Shown here one piece after another: positions 40,292 through 54,808 of a stretch of 64,000 bases of DNA (positions are counted from its first letter, which is position 1; every line of letters begins with the position of its first letter). The notes below the pieces were generated by a model. The model ran no database searches. It was not told where the DNA came from and saw only the letters and a list, made by a program, of their open reading frames with translations. Both the position numbers and the translations under genes were made by a program. The DNA comes from Octopus vulgaris (taxonomy: Eukaryota), in contig OX597826.1 in the NCBI GenBank assembly GCA_951406725.2, positions 15,066,001 through 15,130,000 on the forward strand, read 5' to 3'.

Positions 40292-40322
<31 letters not shown>

Positions 40323-40880
40323 CATACATACATACATACATACATACATACATACATACATACATACATACATACATACATACATACATACGTACATAGA
40401 TACATACATACATACATACATACATACATACATACATACATACATACATACATACATACATACGTACATAGATACATACATACATACATACATACGTACA
40501 TACATACATACGTACATACATACATACATACATACGTACATAGATACATACATACGTACATACATACTTACATACATACGTACGTACATACATACATACA
40601 TACGTACGTACGTACATACATACATACGTACATACGTACGTACATACATACATACATACATACATACACACACATACACACATACATACATACATACATA
40701 CATACATACGTTCACACATACATACATACATACATACATACTTACATACATACTTACATACATACATACTTACGTACGTACATACATACATACATACATA
40801 CATACATACATACACACACATACACACATACATACATACACACATACATACATACATACATACATACATACATACGTACG
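39990..40880. repeat. ~890-bp (TACA)n microsatellite with TACG/TAGA/TACT variants
   Basis: Direct reading. Confidence 0.97.
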
Positions 40881-40884
40881 TATT

Positions 40885-41311
40885 TATACTCTTTACTCTT
40901 CTTTTACTCTTTTAGTTGTTTCAGTCATTTGACTGCGGCCATGCTGGAGCACCGCCTTTAGTCGAGCAAATCGACCCCGGGACTTATTCTTTTGTAAGCC
41001 CAGTACTTATTCTATCGGTCTCTTTTTGCCGAACCGCTAAGTGACGGGGACGTAAACACACCAGCATCGGTTGTCAAGCAATGCTAGGGGGACAAACACA
41101 GACACACAAACACACACACATACATATATATATATATACATATATACGACAGGCTTCTTTCAGTTTCCGTCTACCAAATCCACTCACAAGGCATTGGTCG
41201 GCCCGGGGCTATAGTAGAAGACACTCGCCCAAGATGCCACGCAGTGGGACTGAACCCGGAACCATGTGGTTGTTTAGCAAGCTACTTACCACACAGCCAC
41301 CCCTGCGCCTA
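40885..41311 (-). mobile_element. SINE family B, young full-length copy
   Basis: Close match to other family B copies. Confidence 0.92.
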
Positions 41312-41362
41312 TACGTATTTCTGTATATACGTATATATATATATATGTACATAAATAACAAA

Positions 41363-41549
41363 AAATATCGTGTATATTAGAACACATTAAGAAGCTTCCA
41401 AATAGGAAAACCTTGTGCTAGAAAGAGCAGTAGAAAACTCAAACCACTAATTATGGATAAATTTTGGTTTGAGTTTGCTAGTGCTCTTTCTAGCACAAGG
41501 TTTTCCTATTGGAGGCCTCTTAATGTGTTCTAATGTACACGATATTTTA
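41363..41549. repeat. ~85-bp-arm inverted repeat with short spacer
   Basis: 41363-41447 is the reverse complement of 41465-41549 with few mismatches. Confidence 0.9.
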
Positions 41550-41704
41550 TGTGAATAATATATAGTCTACTGACTATTTTTTTTGTGCTAATCCACTAGT
41601 AATAATTTCTATAATTTTTATTACCCTAATATTATATACATACATACATACATACATACATACATACATACATACATACATACATACATACAAACATAGC
41701 TGTG

Positions 41705-41885
41705 TACATACATACGTGGACCACCATATTGAAATTAAATGCAAGGAGTGACTGTATTATCACCGATAGAATACAATATCGCAAAGGCATATTCGAAGGA
41801 GACAGCCTCTCTGTGATGTTGCTTATATTTTCTGAAAACCCCTTGTCACTCATGTTAAAGAAATCAGAAGGGTACCTCACTGGCT
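41705..41885 (+). mobile_element. R4-type RT fragment
   Basis: TWTTIL...RKGIFEGDSLSV..NPLS (GIFQGDSLSP motif). Confidence 0.75.
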
Positions 41886-42032
41886 CACAGGGACACAGAA
41901 GCCAAATCCACTCACAAGGCTTTTGACGGCTCGAGGCTATAGTAGGAGACACTTGCCCAAGATGCCGGAACTTTCTTACCATACAGCCCCAAGATGCCGC
42001 AACTTTCTTACCATACAGCCACTCCTGCGCCT

Positions 42033-42098
<66 letters not shown>

Positions 42099-42370
42099 AA
42101 TAACCAACAGGGATATCCAGAGGTAATGCAGTTCGATCGTTTCATGTGACTCCATTTAATTGAACAATACAAATATTACATCAATTTTTAAAATGTAGAG
42201 CAATCTTCGGCTGCATAAAAATATAGAATTTAGTTAAATTCGAAGGAATCATTTGTATAATTTTCTTTTTATCCAAAATCACAAAGAGGATAAATAGATA
42301 GACAAAGAACATGTCTTATCAACAACATCACACACACACATATTTATATATATATATTCATATATATGTA

Positions 42371-42428
<58 letters not shown>

Positions 42429-42632
42429 ATATAAATGTACTATTGACTATTTATACTTGCATCTAGGTACTAATATGTGTATGTTTATTATCACAATATT
42501 AAGTTGAAGAACTGAAACGTTGAATATGAAACATATATATGTTTACTAATTTATATTATTTATTTGCATCATTATGTATATGTATATTTTTATATGTATA
42601 GGAGTGTGAGTATATGCACTCATATGTATATG

Positions 42633-42765
42633 TATATCTCCGAGGAGGCCTTATGATATTTTTGTAAATGTCTCATTTATATCTATATATTGACCTACCA
42701 TAAAAAGCTAATATTGGTAAAATGAGACATACTTATCTACATGGCCGAAACAGCTGTAAGATGTA
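42633..42765 (+). ncRNA. Type I hammerhead motif with long stem II insertion
   Basis: UAUAUCU-CCGAGGA-GGCC...GGCC-GAAA-CAGCUG-UA-AGAUGUA; inner stem UGUCUCAUUU/AAAUGAGACA. Confidence 0.65.
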
Positions 42766-42989
42766 ATCTATACTTATATTTATATTCTCTTTTTTATATA
42801 TATACTACTTATTATACAACATTACTCTTTTATGTACACTTTTTTATGTACATTCCTTTATGTACACTGTTTTGTTCTGCTTTTTTATGTTTAACCCTAC
42901 AGTCTCTTATGTGGTGGTTTAATAAAGTATGTGATTGAGTATTATCTGGTAATTGATATTTGATTTAGATGTATTTCTCCATTTTCTTA

Positions 42990-43734
<745 letters not shown>

Positions 43735-43738
<4 letters not shown>

Positions 43739-43990
43739 AGGCGCAATGGTCCAGTCCGGGCGTGTGTGCGTTTATTGAGTGAAAACACTTAAAGCTCCAC
43801 AAGGCTCCGGCAGGGGGTGGTGGTGATCCTGTTGTACTTTTTCGTTCCACCTTTCTCTCACTCTTTCTTCCTGTTTCTTGAGTAATACTGTGATGGACTG
43901 ACGTCTCGTCCAGCTGGGGGGAACACATACGCCATAGAAACCGGGAAACCGGGCCCACGAGCCTGGCTAGGCTTGAAAAGGCCCATAAAT
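43735..43990 (+). mobile_element. SINE family A with deleted tRNA interior
   Basis: Head GTGGAGGCGCAATGGTCCAGT jumps to CCGGGCGT; tail as at 937. Confidence 0.85.
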
Positions 43991-44004
43991 AAATAAATAA
44001 TTAA

Positions 44005-44060
<56 letters not shown>

Positions 44061-44203
44061 AGAGTTTTACGAAAAAAACAAAACACTAAGACAGGTGGTG
44101 TACAAAACAAACAGTATAACGCTCAGGAATAGAAAAAGTCCTTTACGTTTCGAGCCTACGCTCTTCTACAGAAAGGGACACAGAAAACAAGGAGAGAATA
44201 AAG

Positions 44204-44245
<42 letters not shown>

Positions 44246-44284
44246 TAGATAGATATATAGATAGATAAATAGATAGATATATCA

Positions 44285-44356
<72 letters not shown>

Positions 44357-44443
44357 GGAGGTTTATCAGATAATGATCAGTGAAAGTCTTGTGAGTGGAT
44401 TTGGTAGATGGAAACTGAAAGAAGCCTATCGTATTTATATATA

Positions 44444-45467
44444 TCTATATATATATATATAAAACTGTAGTTGTGTGAGTGTCTGTCCCCTTCGATTTAG
44501 ATTCCTAACTACTCCCACATTTTGCGGTGCAGTTTAACCAAATTCGGGTATCTTATAGTCGTGATTCATATCGAACCTGTCTGGGTATCAGTGCGTGTCT
44601 ACGATGAGTCTACGATTTTAAAAATAATTTAACATCATTATTTATTCCATTTTCATGCATATTTTTTCGTGTGTCGATGGCGGCGGAGTTGGCGTCCACG
44701 CTCACATCTGCACCTGTGTTGCTTCTCCCCCTTCTTCCCTCCCTCGTGAAGCTGTGGGAAAGGGAGTGTTAGGAAATCAACGTCGTAATGCGTTGTCAAG
44801 GAGACCAGCGTTCTTTTAGAACAACGACTTCATGGCTTGAAGTCGCCAAAAACAGAAATCGCTAAAAAAGCTGAAACAGATCCACAAAAACGGCAATTAC
44901 CACCACACGGGGCAGGTTTCCTGTGCAAACAATTTGCACAACCGAATGTTTTAGTTGTTGCACAAATCTTTATATATAAAAGTAAGGTTGTGTGTCTGTC
45001 TCCTACGATTTAGATTCCTAACTACTCCCACATTTTGCGGTGCAGTGTAACCAAAACCGGGTATCTTATAGTCGTGGTTCATATCGAGCCCTTCTGGGTA
45101 TTAGCGCGCGTCTACGATGAGTCTACGATTTAAAAAAAAAAATTACCATAATTTTTTATTCCATTTTAATGCATTTTTCGCTATTATATAAGGGAAGTAA
45201 CTCTCTAAAAATGTCTACGATGAGTACACGATTTAAAAAAAAAATTACCATAATTTTTTATTCCATTTTAATGCATTTTTCGCTATTATATAAGGGAAGT
45301 AACTCTCTAAAAATGTCTACGATGAGTCAACGATTTAAAAAAAAAATTACCATCATTTTTTATTCCATTTTTAATGCATTTTTTGCTATTTTTTTGCTAT
45401 AACTCACTAAAAATGCTTATATAGTTATTTCCCTTACAAACCCGAGCAACGCCGGGCGATACTGCTA

Positions 45468-45468
<1 letters not shown>
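44444..45468 (+). mobile_element. Non-autonomous Helitron with two 5' ends, inserted in a SINE B (TA)n
   Basis: 5' TC at 44444 and 44967 with ~170-bp repeat; internal ~104-bp tandem; 3' hairpin CCCGAGCAACGCCGGG then CTAG|T; SINE B halves at 44388-44432 and 45575-45780. Confidence 0.85.
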
Positions 45469-45542
<74 letters not shown>

Positions 45543-45938
45543 GGCAGAGTGAGATAGAGAGATACATTTGTGCATGTGTTCTCTCCCCCCACTTCCACCA
45601 TCACTTGACAATCGATGTTGGTGCGTTAACGTTCCCGTAACTTAGCGTTTCGGCCAAAGATACCGATATAATAAGCACTAGGCTTACGAGGAATAAATCC
45701 TTGAGTCGATTTGTTCTACTAAAGGCGGTGTTCCAGCATGGCCGCAGTCAAAATGACTGAAAGAAGTAAAAGAAAAGAAAAGGAACATCCCAAACCCCCC
45801 AAAATAATTTCAATATTATGTGTTTAGAATGAAACTTTAGAATCTGTAAACCTTTACATACATTTAAACATTGCAAGCAACCTAGCTGTGGCAGGGCCGA
45901 AGTTTCTATATATACAGGCTCAGACGTGACATTGCGGA

Positions 45939-46290
45939 GGCGCAGGCGTGACTGAGTGGTATGAAGCTTGCTAACCAACCACATGTCTTCGGGTTCAGTC
46001 CCACTGCGTGGCACCCTGGGTAAGTGTCATTTACTATAGCCTCGGGCCGACCAAAGCATTGTGAGTAGATTTGGTGGACGGAAACTGCGAGAAGCCCGTG
46101 GTATATATACATATGCCTAGGTATTGATGTGTGTTTTTTTTTCCAACTGCCATCGCTTGACAACCGATGCTGGTGTATTTATGTCCTCGTAATCTAGCGG
46201 TTCAGCACAAGAGACCGAAATCATAAGTACTAGGCTCACAGAGAATACGTCCTGGAATCGATTTCTTCAAGGCAGTGCTCCAGCATAACT
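45939..46290 (+). mobile_element. SINE family B
   Basis: Match to family B copies. Confidence 0.85.
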
Positions 46291-46327
46291 GAATTCAAAT
46301 ATCGGATATAAATAAAAGAATACAATA

Positions 46328-46562
46328 TATATTTCTTTACTACCCACAAGGGGCTACACACAGAGGGGACAAACAAGGACAGACAAAGGGATTAAGACGA
46401 TTATATCGACCCCAGTGCGTAACTGGTACTTAATTTATCGACCCCAAAAGGATGAAAGGCAAAGTCGACCTCGGCGGAATTTGAACTCAGAACGTAATGG
46501 CAGACGAAATACAGCTACGCATTTCGCCCGGCGTGCTAACGTTTCTGCCAGCTCGTCGCCTT
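46328..46562 (-). mobile_element. SINE family C
   Basis: 15-bp TSD TAAAAGAATACAATA at 46313-46327 and 46563-46577. Confidence 0.92.
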
Positions 46563-46644
46563 TAAAAGAATACAATACGTATATATAAGCTCTGGCTTGA
46601 CTTACGCGCACATACACACACACACGCACACAGACACACACACA

Positions 46645-46689
<45 letters not shown>

Positions 46690-46904
46690 GTACATATGTA
46701 CTATTTCCAGCTTTCTCACAATACTCACTTTTTTCTATTTCCTTTTATTCCTGGTTGAATTCCTCTTATCTCTCACTGCTTGTATTTTCACGTATCTACA
46801 TATATGAGCGTGTGTCATATATTTGCGCGAAGACCATCATCCTCGACCTTGAGGGATTGCCATCATCATCAATGTGTATCTTATTCTTTTTATTTACTTC
46901 TTTG

Positions 46905-46950
<46 letters not shown>

Positions 46951-47470
46951 CTCTCTCTATCCCTCATCTCTGTTTTTACTCCTCCCTGTATTTCTTCTAT
47001 AAGCTATTTCCCAACCACACACCAAAGGTCTCGTTATAATCCCGTAATAAATAAGAACTTCATTAACAGTTTTATTGTTTTATAGCTAACCCTAACACCC
47101 AGTTTCGTTGATCGGAAGTGGTTAAGTCCCTCCAACTGCTGATACATACGGAAACAAGAAGATGAAATAGAATTTTGGGGAGACTTTCTCACATCAATGT
47201 CTTAAGAACTTGTTATGGTTGACACCTCACCCACACCTTCGGTTTTTATTTCTGTCTAGTCTCAGTCTGGACAGAATCACTTTGGACGCTGAAGACTTTC
47301 ACTGATCATTTATCTGATAAACCTTCTCATCTATCTATCTCCCCTTTTGATCGAAAACCAAACCCCCTTTTTTACCCCCAAAAGAAAACCTCTACCTTGT
47401 AATTTGTCCTGTCTGTGTGCAGCCCTGTGTGGCTAATAAAGAAACATCTATTCATTTTTCTTCCTTTCGT

Positions 47471-47501
<31 letters not shown>

Positions 47502-48541
47502 CTCTGTCTATTTATCTATCTCCATCTATCTATCTATCTATCCACCCATCCATCCATCCATCCATCTATCGATCTATCTATTTATCTATCTATCTGTCAG
47601 TCTGTCTGTCTGTCTGTCTGTCTGTCTGCCTTTCTCTCTCTTGTGACAAGACGAGTCCTTAACATAATGTTGAATTCGTGCGGGCGGGGGTAGAGGTCTT
47701 TCAGATATCAATCGCTTCTGAACCATAATGAACCAATGAAGCCGATACTTAGATTCGAACCAGCATTCGAAAGTTACGAAATCCAGTCATTATAAAATGC
47801 TAGTCAAATACAAAGGCCGACATAATCAACTGTACCCCAACTTCTTTCAAATTTTATTACTTTCTCTCTATCAAATATGGTTTTGTGTTTGAACAAGTAA
47901 ATACCTTATCTTGAATATACACAAGAGTATGATAAGTTTAGTATCTACGTTTGGGAGTGTCTCTAGTTGTGGTTGTCGTTCTTGGTATTTCTGCTGCGCT
48001 GTTACTTAACTATGGGACAGCTTTGTGTAGACATTATAATCAAAAGCATTGTAGCTACAATAATTTCAAATATCCCACCAGTTTTGTCTTATATTATCTT
48101 ATATTATCCATACAATTTTGGAATTCAATTTTCTACTCAATATTATTGCTTTTTCATTCTTATTTTAAAATCTTTTGTCTTCGAATTTTAAACATGAGAA
48201 TGGGGGTGCGAGGTTTTATTCTTAGGGTATACGGTTCATGATTAGAAGGTCGTGAGTTCGATTCCAAGCAGTTCGTTGTGTCCTTGAGCAAGACACTTTC
48301 ACGTTGCTCCAGTTCATTAAGCCAGTAAAATTCAGTAGTACCTGTATTTCGAAGGGCCAGCCTTGTCGCGTTCTGTATCACGCTGAGTCTTCCTGAGAAC
48401 TATGCTAAAGGTACCCGGGACCTTTTCTGTTTGGCTGCCACTTATCAATTTCTTCAATTTTCTTCTAATTAAGTTCATATTTGGTGTACGGAAGTAGTTT
48501 TGTAGGGTAATCATTGACATCAAATTCATTTTCACCATAAA

Positions 48542-49846
48542 TCTAATATAATAAGTGCGAATGTCAGTGTGTCAGTGTGTCACACTTTTTAAACTTTATT
48601 CCCTCAGGCCGTTGCCCAACATATCATACCATTTTGAAATCATGCCGACTCCATGAGTAAATTAAAAACATTCCGGGCCGAATACGGACACGCAATCTTG
48701 AACTGTTAGATTCCCAAATTTTCATTATGGTCGTACAAAAAATAAAAATTAAAGTGAGATAACTAATAAAAGAAGCAAAGGGAAAGAAGTGAACTTACTT
48801 AACTTTGCCAAAACGAGTTTACACCAAACCAAAATTAGTTTAGTTTGGAATTGGAAATCCTCAATCGCGAAACAATGTTAGAAGAATCGTGGAATATTAC
48901 TAAATTTGCAGAATCAGGTAGGCGAGCTGGCTGAAACGTTAACACGCTGGGCGAAATGCGTAGCCGTATTTCATCTGCCGTTACGTTCTGAGTTCAAATT
49001 CCGCTGAGGTCGACTTTGCCTTTCATCCTTTCGGGGTCGATAAATTAAGTACCAGTTACGCACTGGGGTCGATGTAATCGACTTAATCCGTTTGTCTGTC
49101 CTTGTTTGTCCCCTCTGTGTTTAGCCCCTTATGGGTAGTAAAGAAATAGAATCAGGCAACCATATTCTTCAATGGTTGGCACAGCACCGTTTAATTATGA
49201 ACAGGTACACCTGTGAATATTGTAATTCATCATGTGACCTTTCCACACGTGATGACATCATTGACAGAAAAGTTTGACAGAAGCTATGTGCCCCTGTATA
49301 ACATCCTTTTAATCAAATATTTTTGGTCACGCGATATGTCGTAAAATGATACAATTCATGAATCTACTATACAAAGTAGAATTACGATCGTAGATTGGGG
49401 TAATTTCTGTCGAACAATATGTGATGATTGGCTCCAACAGAATTCAGTGCAAATCGACGGCATTGATGCTAATGGGCAACCAGTCGTTGTGGAGATAGTT
49501 CAAAATACTTCAGTTTCCAATATGAGTGAGTTGTGCACTGTGAATCAATAGGCCTCAAGTCAATAATTGGAACCTTACTTTTCTCACGGCCAGTTCTATG
49601 TTAGTTGTCCATGGGCTGGGAATGGAAACAAGCTATTTATACTGACCCCGAATGGGAAGACCAAAAAGGTTTACCACGAAGCTTTGCAATGAATTCCAAA
49701 CAGGCAAATTATATCATTGTTTTGATGAAAACTGATAACTGTTTGTAAAAATATTGTTCAAGTTTAATAAAATTTAACCTGTACTCAATGCATGAAGTGT
49801 CATTGTTGGACCTAAGGCCCGATGAAGAACCCCCCGCAGGAGCTAG
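48542..49846 (+). mobile_element. Deleted Helitron with Pif1-helicase C-terminal remnant
   Basis: 5' A|TCTAATATATAA; FSHGQFYVSC...TKKVYHEALQ* at ~49570-49692; CTAG at ~49843. Confidence 0.7.
48921..49147 (+). mobile_element. SINE family C
   Basis: Family C match; TSD AGAATCAGG on both sides. Confidence 0.9.
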
Positions 49847-50415
49847 CTTAAAAGCCGTCCGATTGAGTTGATAGCTTTTAAAATTTGCAAGTTTTAGGCA
49901 GCCAAACAGTAAATATTCCTATCTAAGACTAAGTTGAGCAATGCATCCTTTCTGTTTGAAGGAGAGTATGATTTAAGTGAATTTAACTGGTGTATTTAAC
50001 GGGTCGAGCAAAGAGGTAGCGGAACCAAGGCTGTAATTTATGGGGTAGCACGTCATTTTGATGGTTAATGGCTGTTACTTCATCAGTGTCAAGTTGTATA
50101 ATGGTGGTATTAAAGTGGTGCTGGCAAAGGAGAGCTAGGAATAACTGTGGTAGTCGTCGGTTCGGTAAGCAGAAATATCTGAAGAAAGCAGACAGACATG
50201 TGTGCATGTATCTATAGTGAGAATTAAAAAAAACAACAACAAAAAAGCAAAAAAACAAAACAAAACAAAAGACGAAGACGGGTGTGTAAACAACAAACAG
50301 ATGTATTAGTTTAAAGCTCGGGAAGTGAGAAAGTCTTTTACGTTTCAAGCCTACGCTCTTCGACAGAAAGGAACACAGAAATAATGTTGCACATATATAT
50401 ATATATATATATATT

Positions 50416-50468
50416 AACAAAACTGTCCGACGAACGGTAACGTGAAACTCCGAGTAACAGGTTTTGTT
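50416..50468 (+). ncRNA. Type I hammerhead motif (CCGACGA core) with long stem I
   Basis: AACAAAACUGU-CCGACGA-ACG-GUAA-CGU-GAAA-CUC-C-GAG-UA-ACAGGUUUUGUU. Confidence 0.75.
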
Positions 50469-50578
50469 GAATTTCTGCTGCTTTTAAATAAAGCATATTA
50501 CTCTACCCCTGATATTTGAGTACTCTTTTTTTTCCACCTTGTTTCACATTTATGTGTTTACTCCGGTGTATATATATA

Positions 50579-50934
50579 CTAGCAGTATCGCCCGGCGTTG
50601 CTCAGGTTTGTAAGGGAAATAACTATAAAGCATTTTTAGAGAGTTATAGCCAAAAAATAGCAAAAAAATGGAAAAAAAATGATGGTAAATATTTTTTGAG
50701 AGTTAAAACAGGTGGAGTTGCGTCCCCTAGACGGTCTGTGGTTTGGGTTTCTCATTCTCGACCCCATGTCGAATTTATCGATTTTTCAGAACTGGGGGAA
50801 CTTTTCAAAATTTTCGCTGCGTTAGTTTTGAATTATGACATTGGGCTATGTGTGTGTCAAGTTTCATCAGAATCGGTTGAAAGCCGTGGTCAGAGTGAGG
50901 GTACGAGAAAACAGACACACAGAAACACGCACAG

Positions 50935-50940
<6 letters not shown>
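50579..50940 (-). mobile_element. Non-autonomous Helitron
   Basis: 3' end is the reverse complement of 45380-45468 (hairpin + CTAG); different 5' part. Confidence 0.75.
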
Positions 50941-50999
<59 letters not shown>

Positions 51000-51174
51000 C
51001 CTGTACAAATGTATACCGGTATATAGGTGTGCTTGTGTACGTGTATACATGTCCATATATCTTTCACTCTCCCTCTGAACACACACATGCACACACACAC
51101 ACATATACACTCACGAGTAAGCACATAAATGCAAAACTAGGTGGAAAAAATAGTACTCGAATACCAAAGACAGA

Positions 51175-53672
51175 GATTTAGGGACATCTTAACTGAGAAA
51201 TTTGACGAGGAGGAGGAGGAACTACAGACTTGTAACATAGATGGCAACTGAGAATTCCTGCGGGACAGCTTGCTGAGAGCCACAGACCAAACCTGCGGCT
51301 GGTGCAAAGTCCCAACCAGACCTAGGGTGACGTGGCGGTGGAGTGATGCTGTAGACAAGGCCATTGGAGCAAAGAAGCGGGCCTGGAAGGATTGGAAGAG
51401 TGGTGGTAGCAGGGAAACTATATGAATGTAGAGGACTCATGGGAGAGGGAGAGTCTGCCAAATGTGGACCCAACTGAGGGACCAGCAATCCGAATAAACA
51501 GTAGCATGGTAGACAAAGCCATGAAGGATATGAAAATGGGAAAAACTTCTGGCCTGTCTGGAATAACCGCTGAGATGCTTAAAATATCTGGTAGTGTGGG
51601 TTATGGTCTAGTCACCCGTATAGTTAATCAGGTTGTACACGAAGGTGTCATATCCAATGACTGGTGTAGCAGCACCATGATCAACTGCTACAAAGGTAAA
51701 TGTGATGCCTTAGATAGAAATAATTACAGAGGTATCAAATTGTTGGATCAGGTGATGAAAGTTACTAAGAGGGTCGTAGCCCAATTAAGGAGAGACTTAG
51801 TTTAGATGAGATGCAGTTTGGTTTTGTGCCAGGAAGAAGCACCACTGATGCTATATTTCTGGTAAGGCAGCTGCAGAAGTACCAAGCCAAAGACAAACCT
51901 CTGTGCTTAGCTTTCGTTAACGCAGAGAAAGTCTTTGACAGGGTCCACCACTGCCGTATCTGGTGTTCAGTGCGGAAACTAGGGATAGATGAGTGGTTGG
52001 TGAGAGCTGTACAAGCCATGTACAAGGATGTTGTCAGTAAGGTGATGGTATAGCGATGAATTCAAGGTACAAGTAGGGGTTCACCAAGGATCAGTCCTCA
52101 GCTCCCTCTTGTTCATCATAGACCTCCAGGCAATAATAGAGGAATTGAAGACGAGTCTCCCCTTGGAGCTTCTCTACGCTGATGACATTGTTCTTATTGC
52201 TGAATCACTACCAGAACTAGAAAAGAAGTTTCAGGTACGGGATCAAGGTTTAGAATCGAAGGGCATTAGAGTTAACCTAGCAAATACCAAAGTCTTAATA
52301 AGAAAGCAGACAAATTACAAATTCCCTCACGTAGATGACCCTGCTCGCTCTGTAGAAAAGGCATAGGCAGAAATTCCATAAGATGTACCCGGTGCAAGCT
52401 ATGGACACAAAAGAGGTGCAACAATATCGGAGGAAGATTAAGTGGGATAATAGCTTTTGTGTGTGAAATGTTCTCAGGTGGAATAAACACTAAAATATAC
52501 AGAAAATAGCCTCCATCAAATGCCAATGGGGGTAAGCTAGAGGTAGTTGATAGCTTCTATTATCTAGGTGACCAAGTCAATAGCGAAGGTGGATGTTCTG
52601 AGAGCGTAGCTGCAAGAAGAAGAATAGGCTGGGCAAAGTTCAGAGAGCTCCTACCTCAATTGGTAACAAAAAGGCTCACTCTCAGAGTGAAAGGCAGACC
52701 GTATGATGCCTGTGTACGAACATCTGTGCTACATGACAGTGAAACATGGCATGTGACCACTGAGGACATACGTAGGCTTGAAAGAAATGAAGTTAGTATG
52801 CTTTGTTAGATGTGCAATGTCAGTGTGCATGTACGACAGAGTGTAAGCGTCTTGAGAGAAAAGCAGGGCATAAGCAGAATCAAATGTGCTGTGCAAGAGA
52901 GACAACAGCACTGGTATGGTCATGTGATGTGTATGAACGAGGACAGCTGTGTAAAGAAGTGCCGATCTCTAACTGTGGAGGGAACTTGTGGAAAAGGTAA
53001 ACTCAGGAAGATATGGAACAAGCTGGTGAAGCATGATATTGGAACGTTGGGCCTCACGGAGGCAATGGCTAGTGACCGAGACTTTTGGGGATATGCTGTG
53101 CTTGAGAAGACCAATCAATCTAAGGGAAACAGTAGTCGAGGCCGATGACAGTGTCACGTAATTGGCAGCCGGTAGCACGTAAAAAGCACCTTTCGAGCCT
53201 CACGGAAGCAATGTGGCCGATCCTGATGCCGGTGGCACGGAAAAAGCACCTGTTGAGTGTTGGGCCGCACGGAGGCAATGTGACCGATACCGGTGCTGTA
53301 TAACTGGCGACTGTGCTCTTGGCACGTAAAAAGCACTCTCCGAGCGTTGGGCCCCAGGGAGGCATCTGGCACCCATGCTGGTGGAACGTAAAAGCACATT
53401 TCGAGTGCTGGGCCTCATGTAGGCAATGACAAATGATCGTGGCCTTTGGTTATATGCCGCGCTTGAGAAGAAAACCCATCATGTCAAGAGAAATTGTAGT
53501 CGTGGCAGATACAGGTGTCACTTAAAAACACCTACTACACTCTAGAAATGGCTGGCGTAGAAACCATACCAAATCAGACTTGAGTCCGATGGAGCCTCTC
53601 AGCTTACCCACCCTGGTCAAAACCGTCCAACCTATGCCACAATGGACAACGGACGTTAAAAGATGCTGATGA
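51175..53672 (+). mobile_element. RTE-clade LINE remnant (RT, 3' UTR with tandem repeats, (GAT)n tail)
   Basis: YKGK..NYRGIKLL, QFGFVPGRSTTDAIF, VGVHQGSVLS, LLYADD, WYGHV; multiple frameshifts. Confidence 0.95.
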
Positions 53673-53682
53673 TTAATATATA

Positions 53683-53766
<84 letters not shown>

Positions 53767-54084
53767 TTGATATAGATATATATATATATACATATATATA
53801 TGCATACACGTACTCGGGGAAAGAGAGTGAAAGAGAGAGAGAGAGAAAGAGAAAGAGAGGGAGACACCCCTACACACGTATATACACGTACGTATATGGT
53901 GATACATATGTACGTATAATTACATACGCACACACAACCGCAAACATACATATACTTATCTGTTTATGTGTGCATGTATATATGTGTGTGTGTGTGTGTG
54001 TGTGCATGTATGTGCGGTTGCGTGTGCCTGTTAGTATGTCTATGTAAGTATGTATATTCCTATGTATGTGCGTTTATGTATGTA

Positions 54085-54325
54085 TAGCATGGCCGGAATA
54101 GCGGTGGCTGTGGACTAGTAAGGGGCGGCGGAGGACGGGAAAAAACTGTTTTATTTGAGAAACGATTTAAGTTGATCTGAGAGAACGAAGTGGTTTTATT
54201 GCGCCATAAAGTGGAGCCGGTCTGGTGGGGTGAGATGAGTGGAAGTTGTGTGAAGATGGCGGCGGTGGGGTGATAGCGTGGCGACATCACAGAAAGCGGG
54301 TGGCAGGGTGGCTGCAAGGATAGAT
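54085..54325. promoter_or_regulatory. Unique GC-rich island with YY1 and posterior Hox/Cdx-type motifs
   Basis: AAGATGGCGGC at 54253-54263; TTTTATTGCGCCATAAA at 54194-54210. Confidence 0.35.
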
Positions 54326-54574
54326 ACTGTGTGTGTGAAAGTGTGTATGTGTGTATATGTGTGTGATTGCACACACACACACACCTATACACACACGCAC
54401 ATACACACTTTCACACACACACACACACACACACATGTATAAATACAGTATACACACATATATAAATACGCATCCATACACATTCACACACATAATGTAC
54501 TTGCGTAGATGTGTGTGTGTATGAGTTCATATATACACACACATACATGCATGCATACATACATACATACATAC

Positions 54575-54605
<31 letters not shown>

Positions 54606-54607
54606 CA

Positions 54608-54643
<36 letters not shown>

Positions 54644-54765
54644 TGTATATATAAACTAATACACTCACGTGCGTGCACACCCACTGTATCTTTCTCTATC
54701 TATTTATCTATCTACATACACGTCCACGTACACACAGATGCGCGGACACACATATGTGTGTGTAT

Positions 54766-54808
<43 letters not shown>

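Larger units (their letters stand above)
48418..49919. mobile_element. Merlin-like TIR element containing a Helitron and a SINE
   Basis: TIRs GGACCTTTTCTGTTTGGCTGCC / GGCAGCCAAACAGTAAATATTCC, same as 56044-57462. Confidence 0.65.

Noticed and set aside
47086-47096. CTAACCCTAAC, identical to the vertebrate telomerase RNA template
   Set aside because: No visible pseudoknot, CR4/5 or H/ACA elements nearby; an 11-mer alone is weak evidence.
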